In this document: positions 39,643 through 50,195 of the stretch, piece by piece
Numbering within the stretch: the stretch's first letter is position 1
How the letters are laid out: each line of letters opens with the position of its first letter
NCBI GenBank assembly: GCA_963842525.1
Contig: CAWJGT010000019.1
Location: 1-64,000, forward strand
Length of the DNA stretch: 64,000 bases
Reading direction: 5' to 3'
Source of the DNA: an uncultured Holophagales bacterium
Lineage (GTDB): Bacteria; Acidobacteriota; Thermoanaerobaculia; Multivoradales; UBA5704
Notes under the pieces: model-generated
Seen by the model: the letters and a program-made list of their open reading frames with translations, nothing else
Told to the model about the DNA's origin: nothing
The model's database searches: none
Made by a program: the position numbers and the translations under genes

Positions 39643-42240
39643 ATGCTCCCCTCCATGCTGCGGCGAGGCGCTCTGGCGCTCTTCCTCTGTTCCATTCCCT
39701 GCCTCTGCCAGGCCGGCCTTACGCCGCGACTGGTGCGCGACATCGATGAGACCTCCTATGCCGGCAGCTCCAGCCCGCGACAGTTCGGGGGTGTGGAGCA
39801 CGGTGTGGCGTTCACCGCTTTCGGAGGGCGCGAGCTGTGGATCCACTCCGAGCGGAACGTCGACTTCAAGCGGGTCCTGCGGCGCGAGGAGATCCGGCAA
39901 TTGGGTGGCCCCTTCTATGCCGCCCGCGAGGCGGAAGGGGGCTGGAGCTTCTGGCTCGCGGAGGGCAATCCGTACGACTCGGCCTTCCCAATCCACGGGA
40001 AGCGCGTGGGCCGGCTCGGCGCGGTCTACACGAATCCACTTCAGTGGTACAGCCCCGTCGTCTTCGAGGCCGACCGGGGAACGGGGCGTGGCCTGTGGAC
40101 GGTCAACTATGGGACCGGTCCCTTCGAGCTTGCGCGGCCGCTGCCGCTGGAGGATGGCAGTCTGCTGCTGGACTTCACGCCCGAGAGATGGACAAGCTAC
40201 TTCATCGCCCGCCATCGCACGCTGGGGACCGCCCTATGGAAGACCGATGGCACGAAGGCGGGCACCCTGGCGGTCACCGCTCCGTCCCCCGGGCAGACGG
40301 TCCCTCTGCGGCTCGCCGGCCGCCTGCACAGGCGCCTCCTCCTCACGATCTCCGGCGGCGAGCCCGAGCTGTGGTGGAGCGACGGCTCGCCCCGTGGCCT
40401 TCGCCCCTTCCTGGAGATCGTCCCTGGCCGTGAGGCGGCCACGGTGTCCGCAGCGCGCGTGGTCAACGGCCGGGCGTTCCTCGTGATCGACGACGGCCGG
40501 CACGGCCGGCAGCTCTGGACCAGCGATGGGACGGCGGCCGGCACGGTCCCGATCACGAGCTTCGAGCCCGATCCGCTCCGGCAGATCGACCTCCCTGTCC
40601 TCCGTCGAGCCGGGCGCTGGTACTTTGTCGCCGCCGACGGCATCCACGGCCGCGAGCTCTGGCGGACCGATGGAACGCCACAAGGGACGCAGCTCGTCAC
40701 CGATCTCTGCCCGGGGCCGTGCAACAGCGACCCGCAGGACCTCTCCTTCGAGAATTACTACAGCGCTCCCGGCATCTACTTCACCGCGTCCGCGCCGGAG
40801 GGCCAGCGAGCTCTCTGGCGGACGAACGGCACGGCGCAGGGGACGTCGCGGCTGACCCCGCCCGGTGTCGAAGCCACGACCGGGCTCCAGTACGACAATG
40901 CCTTCTCCGCACGAGCCGACGGGCTGGGCGACGAGCTGTGGATCACCGGCGGAACGCCCGAGACCACGAGGCTGTGGGCCGATCTGGCGCTCGAAGAGGA
41001 TAGCGGCTCCCATCCTTCCCTCATCGCCGCCGCCGGAAACCGGGTCCTTTTCCAGACCCAGGCCCCATCCATGGAATACGGGCTGTGGACGAGCGATGGC
41101 ACCGCGGCCGGGACCCATCCGATTCCGACGCCCCCGGTCCTGCTGATGGACGAGTGGAGCAGCCTCTCCGGGATGGGCCTCGGTGAGCACATGCTTTCCA
41201 CCGGATTGACCGTTGAGCCTGGGACCGACTACGCCTATCCCGCCCTCTGGTCGACCGACGGCACAGCGGGAGTCGTGCGGCTCACGCCGCCGGGAGTCAT
41301 CGTGCGGGAGCCTCCGGTCATCGTCGGGTCCCGTGCCGTCTTCTTCACCGGGGACGCGGAGAAAGGCGACAAGCTCTGGGTGAGCGAAGGCACGCTGGAA
41401 TCGACCCGCGTCACCGTCGATCTCGGAGCGAACAATGTGACTCGGTACCCATCCCTCCTGCGCGGTCAGCTCGTCTTCCAAATGGTCCCGGTGTCCGGGG
41501 GCATCCCCGAACCCTGGGTCACGGACGGCACGGCTGAAGGCACGCGCCGTCTGCTCGACGTCGATCCTTCCCTCGCGCCGATGCGCGCCGGGGATCTCAT
41601 GCTGGTCGAGGCCGCAGGCAAGGTCTTCTTCTTCGGGCCGGCTGAGGCCGAAAACGAGCGCAGGCTGTGGGTGTCGGACGGCACGGCGGCCGGGACTGCG
41701 CCGTTTGACTTTGCGGATAACACGGGAAACGTATACTTTGAAGGTTTCTACCCTGCCGGCGACCGACTGTACTTCAAGGTGATCGTCTACCCTCCTGACG
41801 ACGAAAGCTCCGCGCACCTGTGGATCACCGACGGAACTCCGGCCGGAACCCGCCAGATTCCTGCACGGCCGCTCGATTTCCGCTTGGACGCGCCGCCGCT
41901 GATGGCGTTCGGCGATCGCCTCGTGTTCAACGGTGAAGATTTCGATTACTGGATCACCGACGGAACCGCGGAGGGGACGTTCCCGCTCCGCGATGCACGG
42001 GGCAACAAGATCTCGAGGTACGAAAGCCATTCCATCGTGTTCAAGGACCAACTGGTCTTCACCGCCATCGACGACTTCGGCCACGACGGCCCGTGCTACG
42101 TCTGGAACGGCACCGGCACGACGGTCCGGCAGCTCGAAAACCTTTCCTGCAGCTCTTTTCTTGCCGTGGGAGACCGCCTCTACTTCAACGGCTTCCAGCC
42201 GCAGACCGGGGCGGAGCTTTGGGTCATGGAGGAGAAATAA
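39643..42240 (+). CDS. Secreted ELWxxDGT-repeat protein 2
   Basis: Signal peptide and multiple LWxTDGT repeats. Ends TGAELWVMEEK. Confidence 0.92.
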   Translation: MLPSMLRRGALALFLCSIPCLCQAGLTPRLVRDIDETSYAGSSSPRQFGGVEHGVAFTAFGGRELWIHSERNVDFKRVLRREEIRQLGGPFYAAREAEGGWSFWLAEGNPYDSAFPIHGKRVGRLGAVYTNPLQWYSPVVFEADRGTGRGLWTVNYGTGPFELARPLPLEDGSLLLDFTPERWTSYFIARHRTLGTALWKTDGTKAGTLAVTAPSPGQTVPLRLAGRLHRRLLLTISGGEPELWWSDGSPRGLRPFLEIVPGREAATVSAARVVNGRAFLVIDDGRHGRQLWTSDGTAAGTVPITSFEPDPLRQIDLPVLRRAGRWYFVAADGIHGRELWRTDGTPQGTQLVTDLCPGPCNSDPQDLSFENYYSAPGIYFTASAPEGQRALWRTNGTAQGTSRLTPPGVEATTGLQYDNAFSARADGLGDELWITGGTPETTRLWADLALEEDSGSHPSLIAAAGNRVLFQTQAPSMEYGLWTSDGTAAGTHPIPTPPVLLMDEWSSLSGMGLGEHMLSTGLTVEPGTDYAYPALWSTDGTAGVVRLTPPGVIVREPPVIVGSRAVFFTGDAEKGDKLWVSEGTLESTRVTVDLGANNVTRYPSLLRGQLVFQMVPVSGGIPEPWVTDGTAEGTRRLLDVDPSLAPMRAGDLMLVEAAGKVFFFGPAEAENERRLWVSDGTAAGTAPFDFADNTGNVYFEGFYPAGDRLYFKVIVYPPDDESSAHLWITDGTPAGTRQIPARPLDFRLDAPPLMAFGDRLVFNGEDFDYWITDGTAEGTFPLRDARGNKISRYESHSIVFKDQLVFTAIDDFGHDGPCYVWNGTGTTVRQLENLSCSSFLAVGDRLYFNGFQPQTGAELWVMEEK

Positions 42241-42283
42241 AGGCGCAAGGAAGGCCGTTGTTGCCCGGCCGGCGTCCAGGTTC

Positions 42284-42388
42284 GTAGGGGCAACCCTTGT
42301 GGTTGCCCTGGTCTCGCCACGATTGCCGATTCGCAGTCCCTCATCACAGGGGCAATCCCAACAGGGCAACCACAAGGATTGCCCCTGC
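42284..42388. repeat. GTAG-type REP doublet (REPIN-like)
   Basis: gtaggggcaacccttgtggttgccctg ... cagggcaaccacaaggattgcccctgc. Confidence 0.8.
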
Positions 42389-42462
42389 ACGTGCACATTC
42401 GGACCGCCCTGGCAATCGGGTTGGCCGCCGGCCACTCTCCGCAACCTGTAAAATGCAGCACC

Positions 42463-44004
42463 ATGGAACGCGACACGCCCACCCCCCCGACCGGTTCCGG
42501 CTTCGTGGAGCTCGGCCAGTTCGAGATCGACGAGCGCTCGGTGCGCCTGCTGCGGCGGGAGTACTGCATGGAGAACGACGTCGTGGTCCTCGGGGTGGTG
42601 GACCGGACGAGCCGCGAGCCGGTCACGGTCGGCATGCTCGATCCGTCCCGCCGCGCCGTTGTCCACGAGGTCGGCAACGTCCTCAATCGGCCTGTGCAGT
42701 CTGTGCGGCTCAACGCCTGGGAGATCCGCCGCGCCCTCGACCAGGGGTGGGGCGTCGCCGAGCAGGACCGGCGCCGGCTGATCCTGGGGCCGGTCCGCGA
42801 CTTCTCCTTCGAGCGCGACAGCGAGGTCACCCAGATCCTCGACGAGATCCTCGGCCGCGCCGTGGAGCTGCGGGCGAGCGACGTCCACATCGAGACCTAT
42901 GAAAATGATGTGGACGTCCGGCTCCGCATCGACGGCGTGCTGCGACACGTGGCGACATCCCTCTCGCGGGACAACATCCAGGCGGCGGTCAGCCGGCTCA
43001 AGGTCCTGGCGGACCTGGACGTGGCCGAGCGGCGACGCGCCCAGGACGGGCGGATCAAGGCCACCTTCGAGGAAAACCGGAAGGACAGCCGCGAGGTCGA
43101 CTTCCGCCTCTCGGTCGTCCCCGGCCCATTCGGGGAGGACGCGGTCCTGCGCATCCTCGACAGCGCGGCCCCTCTCCCCCTCGAGAGGCTCGGCTTCGAC
43201 GCGGGCACGCTGGCCACCTTCGAGCGCCTGATCGCCAACCCCGAGGGGCTGATCCTGGTGACCGGCCCCACCGGCAGCGGCAAGACGACAACCCTCTACG
43301 CCGCCATCGACCGCATCAACACGCCGGAGAACAAGATCCTCACGGTCGAAGACCCCATCGAGTACCACTTCCCGAAGACGAACCAGAAACAGCTCTCGTC
43401 CCAGATGAGCTTCGCCGACTATGCCCGCGCCTTCATGCGGCAGAACCCGGACGTGATCCTGATCGGGGAGATCCGCGACGAGGACACGGCGAGCGCCGCC
43501 GTGCGCGCCGCCCAGACCGGGCACCTTGTGCTCTCGACTCTGCACACCCAGGATGCCGTGCGCACCGTCTCGCGTCTGCTCACCCTGGGCGTCGATCCCG
43601 GCCGGATCGCCGGCTCGCTGCTCGGCGCCATGTCGCAGCGGCTGGTCCGCCGGCTCTGTCCGCAGTGCCGGGCCGAAACCGCGCCCGACGAGAACACAGC
43701 CCGCCGCCTCGGCCTGGCACCCGGAGACGGCCCGTTCTTCCGGCCGCAGCCCGACTCCCGCTGCGGCACCTGCGGCGGCGCCGGCTACAAAGGCCGGCTC
43801 GGCGTCTACGAGCTTTTCGTGCTGGATGGCGAGCTGGCCGACCGGGTCGCCGAAGGCGCGCCCATTCACCAGATCCGCGTCCTCGCCCGCGACCGGGGGA
43901 TGAAAAGCCTCCTCGACGACGCCCTGGACAAGGCCCGCGCCGGGGTCACCTCTCTCGATGAGGTACTGCGGACCGTGCCCTATCGGATGATGGCAGGAGG
44001 GTGA
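42463..44004 (+). CDS. GspE/PilB family secretion ATPase
   Basis: [53 protein letters not shown] and CxxC pairs. Confidence 0.95.
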   Translation: MERDTPTPPTGSGFVELGQFEIDERSVRLLRREYCMENDVVVLGVVDRTSREPVTVGMLDPSRRAVVHEVGNVLNRPVQSVRLNAWEIRRALDQGWGVAEQDRRRLILGPVRDFSFERDSEVTQILDEILGRAVELRASDVHIETYENDVDVRLRIDGVLRHVATSLSRDNIQAAVSRLKVLADLDVAERRRAQDGRIKATFEENRKDSREVDFRLSVVPGPFGEDAVLRILDSAAPLPLERLGFDAGTLATFERLIANPEGLILVTGPTGSGKTTTLYAAIDRINTPENKILTVEDPIEYHFPKTNQKQLSSQMSFADYARAFMRQNPDVILIGEIRDEDTASAAVRAAQTGHLVLSTLHTQDAVRTVSRLLTLGVDPGRIAGSLLGAMSQRLVRRLCPQCRAETAPDENTARRLGLAPGDGPFFRPQPDSRCGTCGGAGYKGRLGVYELFVLDGELADRVAEGAPIHQIRVLARDRGMKSLLDDALDKARAGVTSLDEVLRTVPYRMMAGG

Positions 44005-44009
44005 ACCCC

Positions 44010-44231
44010 ATGCGTGTGATCGACCAGCAGATCATGAACCGCCTCTTCGAGGTGACCGACGAGATCCCGCTCGACCGCGAGGCCATCACCGTGCCCCTCC
44101 TGATGCAGGGCGAGGGCAAGGTCGAGCGCCTGAAGAACGGGAAGGTCGAGATCACCCTGCCCGACAGCGACGACCTCGGCCCGTTCCTGGCGGAGCTGCC
44201 GGAGCGGCTGCGGGCCCTGGGCACGGCCTGA
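44010..44231 (+). CDS. Small hypothetical protein
   Basis: Coupled to the ATPase gene, with host-like codon usage. Confidence 0.7.
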   Translation: MRVIDQQIMNRLFEVTDEIPLDREAITVPLLMQGEGKVERLKNGKVEITLPDSDDLGPFLAELPERLRALGTA

Positions 44232-44329
44232 GAGAGAGCCCGGGCATTCATGCCCGGGCAGTTGCGCTACAATGCTCTGCCTGGCCCTGTCTTCTGGTCC
44301 CCAGGAAATCCTGCAAAGCTGAGGTACAT

Positions 44330-46015
<1,686 letters not shown>

Positions 46016-46025
46016 CCCGTCTCCA

Positions 46026-46058
46026 GGGCCCCGCGAGAAATCCTTCGCGGGGCACCCA
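46026..46058 (+). terminator. Stem-loop after ettA
   Basis: gccccgcga...tcgcggggc followed closely by atttt. Confidence 0.55.
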
Positions 46059-46094
46059 TTTTCCGCTCCCGGTGGCACGTCGGGTCTCCTCGCT

Positions 46095-46110
46095 TGGCAT
46101 CCCCGTTGCA
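46095..46110 (+). promoter_or_regulatory. Sigma54 promoter
   Basis: TGGCAT-N5-TTGCA, 25 bp upstream of ATG 46136. Confidence 0.65.
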
Positions 46111-46135
46111 GAAAGCTGAAACCGAGGAGAAGGAT

Positions 46136-46501
46136 ATGAAACGGCAGAGCACGATTCTCACGACGACCGCTTTGATGCTCCTCCTGACGGGCACCCTCTT
46201 CGCCCAGAGCGGCGGGAGCGGTACGCCTGTCGATCCTGTCCCGCAGGCCCGGCAGTCGGTCCCCTTGGCCGACCGGGAACCGCTGGACCGGAACGAGCTC
46301 ACCACGACCGACCGTACCGACCTGCCGCAGGAGACGACCGTCGGCACACCGGACGCCGCCGCGCCCCAGGGCACCACGGCCGGCACGGTTGGCAGCGGGC
46401 AGGGTACCCTTCCGCAGACCGGCAGCGAAGTGCCGCTGGTCGGCCTGCTCGGCTTCATGGCGCTGTTCGGCGGGATCGTGATCCGCGCCCTTCGCTGGTA
46501 A
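46136..46501 (+). CDS. Small secreted low-complexity protein with LPXTG-type sorting signal
   Basis: Signal peptide, Thr/Gly-rich body, then LPQTG-hydrophobic helix-RALR. RBS GAGGAG. Confidence 0.85.
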   Translation: MKRQSTILTTTALMLLLTGTLFAQSGGSGTPVDPVPQARQSVPLADREPLDRNELTTTDRTDLPQETTVGTPDAAAPQGTTAGTVGSGQGTLPQTGSEVPLVGLLGFMALFGGIVIRALRW

Positions 46502-46529
46502 GACGCTCCTTTCCTTCCGCAATGCTCCC

Positions 46530-46554
46530 AAGGCCCGCGATCTCGCGGGCCTTT
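46530..46554 (+). terminator. Intrinsic terminator
   Basis: aaggcccgcga-tc-tcgcgggccttt. Confidence 0.75.
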
Positions 46555-46642
46555 CTGCTTTCCGATGATTCCACCTCGGTTGTAGCCAATCCAGGATACG
46601 TAGAGTCGTCCATTGTGGACATCTTCGGCTACAATGCGCGCA

Positions 46643-49600
46643 ATGGCGCTACTCCCCTCTCTGGACTGGGAAGGTCCATCCGGCGAGCACACCCCGCTCC
46701 GCACGTACCTGCGGAGCCTCGCCGCAACGGAGCAGTGCGGAGACGCCCGGGAAGAGAGCTTCTATCCCTGCTTGCGGGACCTCCTGCTGGACCATGCGGA
46801 AAGGACCGGGCGCAGGGGGGCCGCCGTGACCGTGATCCCCCGCAAGACGGCGGAGTGCCTTCTGGACTTTCAGGTCTGGAGCGGTCCGCACCAGGTCGCC
46901 GGGTATGTCGAGGCGAAACGGCCGGGGACGGACCTCGACCGCGCCGCGCAGTCCGCGCAGGTCCGGCGCTACCTGGCGACCTTCCCCAACCTGATCCTGA
47001 CGGACTTCTACGAGCTCCGGCTCTACCGCAACGGACAGGCCGCCGGACAGGCGGGCGTCGGCTGGGGAGAGGACGGGCGACCGGGGGGCGGAGAGGATCT
47101 GGCGCGGCTCCTCGACGATTTTTTCGCTTTCTGCACCCCCGGCCTCCGGAGCTACGCCTCTCTCGCCACCGCCCTCGCCGGGAGGGCCAGGGTGCTCGCC
47201 GCGCGCATCGAGGAGCGCCTGCTCCGCGAGGAGGCCGGCGAAGCCCGGACGCGGCTCACCGGTTTCTTCGAGGCCTTCAAGACCTTCCTCCTTTCCGGCC
47301 TGACGGTGCGCGAGTTCGCCGACCTGTACGCCCAGACCGTGACCTACGGCCTGCTTGCCGCCCGCTGGCATGCCCCGGAGAGCTTCGACCCCCACAGCGC
47401 ATTCGCGAACATTCCTCTGGGCAGCGGCATCCTGCGCGAGGTCTTCCAGTACATCACCCTGGGCTCGCCGCCGCCGGAGATCGATTGGATCATCGGCGAC
47501 CTCACCGGTCTGCTGGGCGGCTCCTCGATCTTCGGCCGCCGTGCCTGGGACGTCTACGAGGACAAGCACCGCGACCCGGTCCACCATTTCTACGAGACCT
47601 TCCTCGCCTCGTACAATCGGGAGCTGCGCGCCCGCCGGGGCGTCTATTACACGCCGTTGCCGGTGGTCGCCTGGATCGTCCGCTCGGTCCACTGGTTGCT
47701 GCAGACCCGCTTCAGCCGGCCTGGCGGCCTCGCGGACCCGAGCGTCACCCTCCTCGACCCGGCCGCGGGGACGATGACCTTCGTGGCCGAGGCCTGCCGG
47801 GTGGCGGTGGACGCCCACCGGCGCGCGGCCGGCAGCGGCGGCGTGCCCGCCCTCCTGCGCGACCACCTGCTGCCGCACTTCCAGGCCTTCGAGCTGATGA
47901 TGGCCCCCTACGCGATCGGCCACCTGAAGATGAGCCTCTTCCTGGAGCAGCACGGCTACCGCCTGGCCGACGGCGAGCGGGTCCACCTCTATCTGGCGGA
48001 TGCCCTGCGCCAGGACGACCCTCCGCAGACCAGCCTGCCGTACGTGGACGCGCTGGCGCAGGAGGCCCAGGCCGCCGCGCGGATCAAGTCGGAGGAGCGG
48101 ATCTTCGTGGTCCTGGGCAACCCGCCCTGGTCCGGGACCTCGGCCAACCGGGGGGCGTGGATCCAGGACCTCCTCAAGGGCTACACCCTCCCCGACGGCA
48201 GCCGCGACGAGGGCTATTACCGGGCGGACGGACGGCCCCTCGGGGAACGCAACCCGAAGTGGCTGCAGGACGACTATGTGAAATTCCTGCGCTTTGCCCA
48301 GTGGAAGATCGACCAGAACGGCGAAGGGATCGTCGCCTTCGTCACCAACCACGGATGGCTGGACAATCCGACCTTCCGCGGGATGCGCCAGTCGCTGCTG
48401 CGCACGTTCGACGAGGTCTTCGTGCTCGACCTGCACGGCAACCGCCGCAAGGGGGAGCGCCGTCCGGACGGGCAGCCGGACGACAACGTCTTCGACGACA
48501 TCGAACAGGGCGTGGCCATCACGCTGCTGGTCAAGAAGCCGGGCCTGCCGAAGCGCATCCTGCGGGCCGACCTCTGGGGCAACCGCCTCTGGAAGCGCCG
48601 GTGGCTCGACACCACGTCCGCACAGACCACCCTCTGGGCATTGCTATCCCCGTCCTCGCATCTCCTGGTGGCGAGCGACGCCGGGATCGAGGAGGAGTAC
48701 AGGCGCGGTGTGCCGCTTCCCGAGATTTTTCCAATCCACAGCGTGGGGATCGTGACGGGGCGGGACGCCGCGGTGACCGGCTGCGATCGCGCAGAGCTGA
48801 TGGAACGGGTCCGCTCGCTCCGTTGCGCTCTCTGGAGGGGTGGACCGATCGATCCAGCCTGGAAGCTCGATGCCGCGGCCATGGACCGCGCTCGGCGCGA
48901 CGGCCTGTGGGAGAGGCGCTTCACCCCTTACCTCCCGCGCCCGTTCGACCGCCGCTGGCTCTTCTACGCCGACTACCTGGTCGAGCGTCCGCGCGAGGCC
49001 GTGATGCGCCACCTGCGCGGCGGCGGAAACCTGGCGCTCATCGCGCCCCGCCAGCACAAGGAGGAGCCGGGGGCGCTGGTGACCGACCGCATCGCCGGGC
49101 ACAAGGCGGTCAGCGCCTACGACATCAACTACGTCTTCCCGCTCTGGCTCGATCCTCCTCAGGGGACGATCGGACAGAGCCGGATCGACGGCCGGGTCCC
49201 GAACCTCGCACCCGGCCTCCTGTGCCGCCTCGCCGAGGTCCTCGGCGAGGAGCCCGCGCCGGAGGACGTCCTCGGCTATGTCTATGCCGTGCTCTACAGC
49301 CCTTCCTACCGGACCCGCTACGCCGACCTGCTGCGGCGGGACTTCCCGCGCATCCCGTTCCCTGAAGAGCGCGAGCCCTTCCTCCGCCTCGCCGCGCTGG
49401 GCCGGGAGCTGGTCGGGCTCCACCTGTTGACCGACCCGCGCCTGGACGGCTCTCCCGTGCGGTTTGTCGGCGACGGTGGCCGGCCTTTGGGAAAAACCCG
49501 GGCCACCCTGCGCCACTATCGTCCGGACGAGCGCCGGGTCTACGTCAACGCCGAAGGCCTCTGCTTCGAAGGGATCGAGCCGGCGGTCTGGAGCTATCAG

Positions 49601-49744
49601 CTCGGAGGCCACCAGGTGCTCGACCGCTGGCTGCAGGGCCGCGCGGGCAGAGTCCTCGGCCTGGAGGAGATCCGGGACTTTCGCCGTGCCGCGGAGGCGT
49701 TGCGGCTCACGCTGGAGGTGCAGAGGCGGATCGACGAGGTGTGA
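46643..49744 (+). CDS. Single-polypeptide restriction-modification enzyme (nuclease, N6-MTase and Type ISP-like specificity domain; no helicase)
   Basis: DF...GYVEAK nuclease motif, YAQTVTYG, FYETFL, GVYYTP, LDPAAGT, GNPPW, DDYVKF, and C-terminal RPFD/DFPRIP/VWSYQLGG. Confidence 0.9.
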   Translation: MALLPSLDWEGPSGEHTPLRTYLRSLAATEQCGDAREESFYPCLRDLLLDHAERTGRRGAAVTVIPRKTAECLLDFQVWSGPHQVAGYVEAKRPGTDLDRAAQSAQVRRYLATFPNLILTDFYELRLYRNGQAAGQAGVGWGEDGRPGGGEDLARLLDDFFAFCTPGLRSYASLATALAGRARVLAARIEERLLREEAGEARTRLTGFFEAFKTFLLSGLTVREFADLYAQTVTYGLLAARWHAPESFDPHSAFANIPLGSGILREVFQYITLGSPPPEIDWIIGDLTGLLGGSSIFGRRAWDVYEDKHRDPVHHFYETFLASYNRELRARRGVYYTPLPVVAWIVRSVHWLLQTRFSRPGGLADPSVTLLDPAAGTMTFVAEACRVAVDAHRRAAGSGGVPALLRDHLLPHFQAFELMMAPYAIGHLKMSLFLEQHGYRLADGERVHLYLADALRQDDPPQTSLPYVDALAQEAQAAARIKSEERIFVVLGNPPWSGTSANRGAWIQDLLKGYTLPDGSRDEGYYRADGRPLGERNPKWLQDDYVKFLRFAQWKIDQNGEGIVAFVTNHGWLDNPTFRGMRQSLLRTFDEVFVLDLHGNRRKGERRPDGQPDDNVFDDIEQGVAITLLVKKPGLPKRILRADLWGNRLWKRRWLDTTSAQTTLWALLSPSSHLLVASDAGIEEEYRRGVPLPEIFPIHSVGIVTGRDAAVTGCDRAELMERVRSLRCALWRGGPIDPAWKLDAAAMDRARRDGLWERRFTPYLPRPFDRRWLFYADYLVERPREAVMRHLRGGGNLALIAPRQHKEEPGALVTDRIAGHKAVSAYDINYVFPLWLDPPQGTIGQSRIDGRVPNLAPGLLCRLAEVLGEEPAPEDVLGYVYAVLYSPSYRTRYADLLRRDFPRIPFPEEREPFLRLAALGRELVGLHLLTDPRLDGSPVRFVGDGGRPLGKTRATLRHYRPDERRVYVNAEGLCFEGIEPAVWSYQLGGHQVLDRWLQGRAGRVLGLEEIRDFRRAAEALRLTLEVQRRIDEV

Positions 49745-49752
49745 TCCTGGCG

Positions 49753-50083
49753 TCACCGCCGGCCCGGCCGGCGCTCGGGCCGGGCGGTCCAGGGGTCCTG
49801 CGGCCAGGCGTGCTTCGGATAGCGGCCCTGGAGCTCCTTGCGGACCTGCGGATAGGTGTTCTCCCAGAAGCTCCGCAGGTCGTGGGTGACCTGCTGCGGG
49901 CGCTGGTTGGGGGCGAGGAGGTGGAGGAGGACGGGGACCCGGCCGGCCGCGACCCGCGGGGTCTCCGCCAGGCCGAACATCTCCTGGATGCGCGCGGCGA
50001 GGACCGGCGGCTTCCCCTCTTCATAGTCGATCTTGATGCGGCTGCCGCTCGGCACCTCCAGCCGCTCGGGCGCCTCCCGGTCG
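49753..50083 (-). pseudogene. hrpB: Orphan 3' fragment of ATP-dependent helicase HrpB
   Basis: VPSGSRIKIDY...LAARIQEMFG...LLAPNQRPQQVTHDLRSFW..TYPQVRKELQGRYPKHAWP. The 5' side is cut at a palindromic repeat. Confidence 0.88.
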
Positions 50084-50084
50084 A

Positions 50085-50135
50085 GGGGCGGGGGATGGAA
50101 GGGAGATGGGAGAGGGGGCCAGGGGGGTGAGGATC
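50085..50135 (-). repeat. Truncated CCTCACCCCC..CCCCTCTCCC palindromic element
   Basis: Reverse complement matches the left arm of 57068-57127. The right arm is missing. Confidence 0.7.
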
Positions 50136-50195
50136 TGTGACGTCCAAGGCTGCAGATCCGTACATCTCGCGGAAGCGATAACATCCGGGCGTCAG

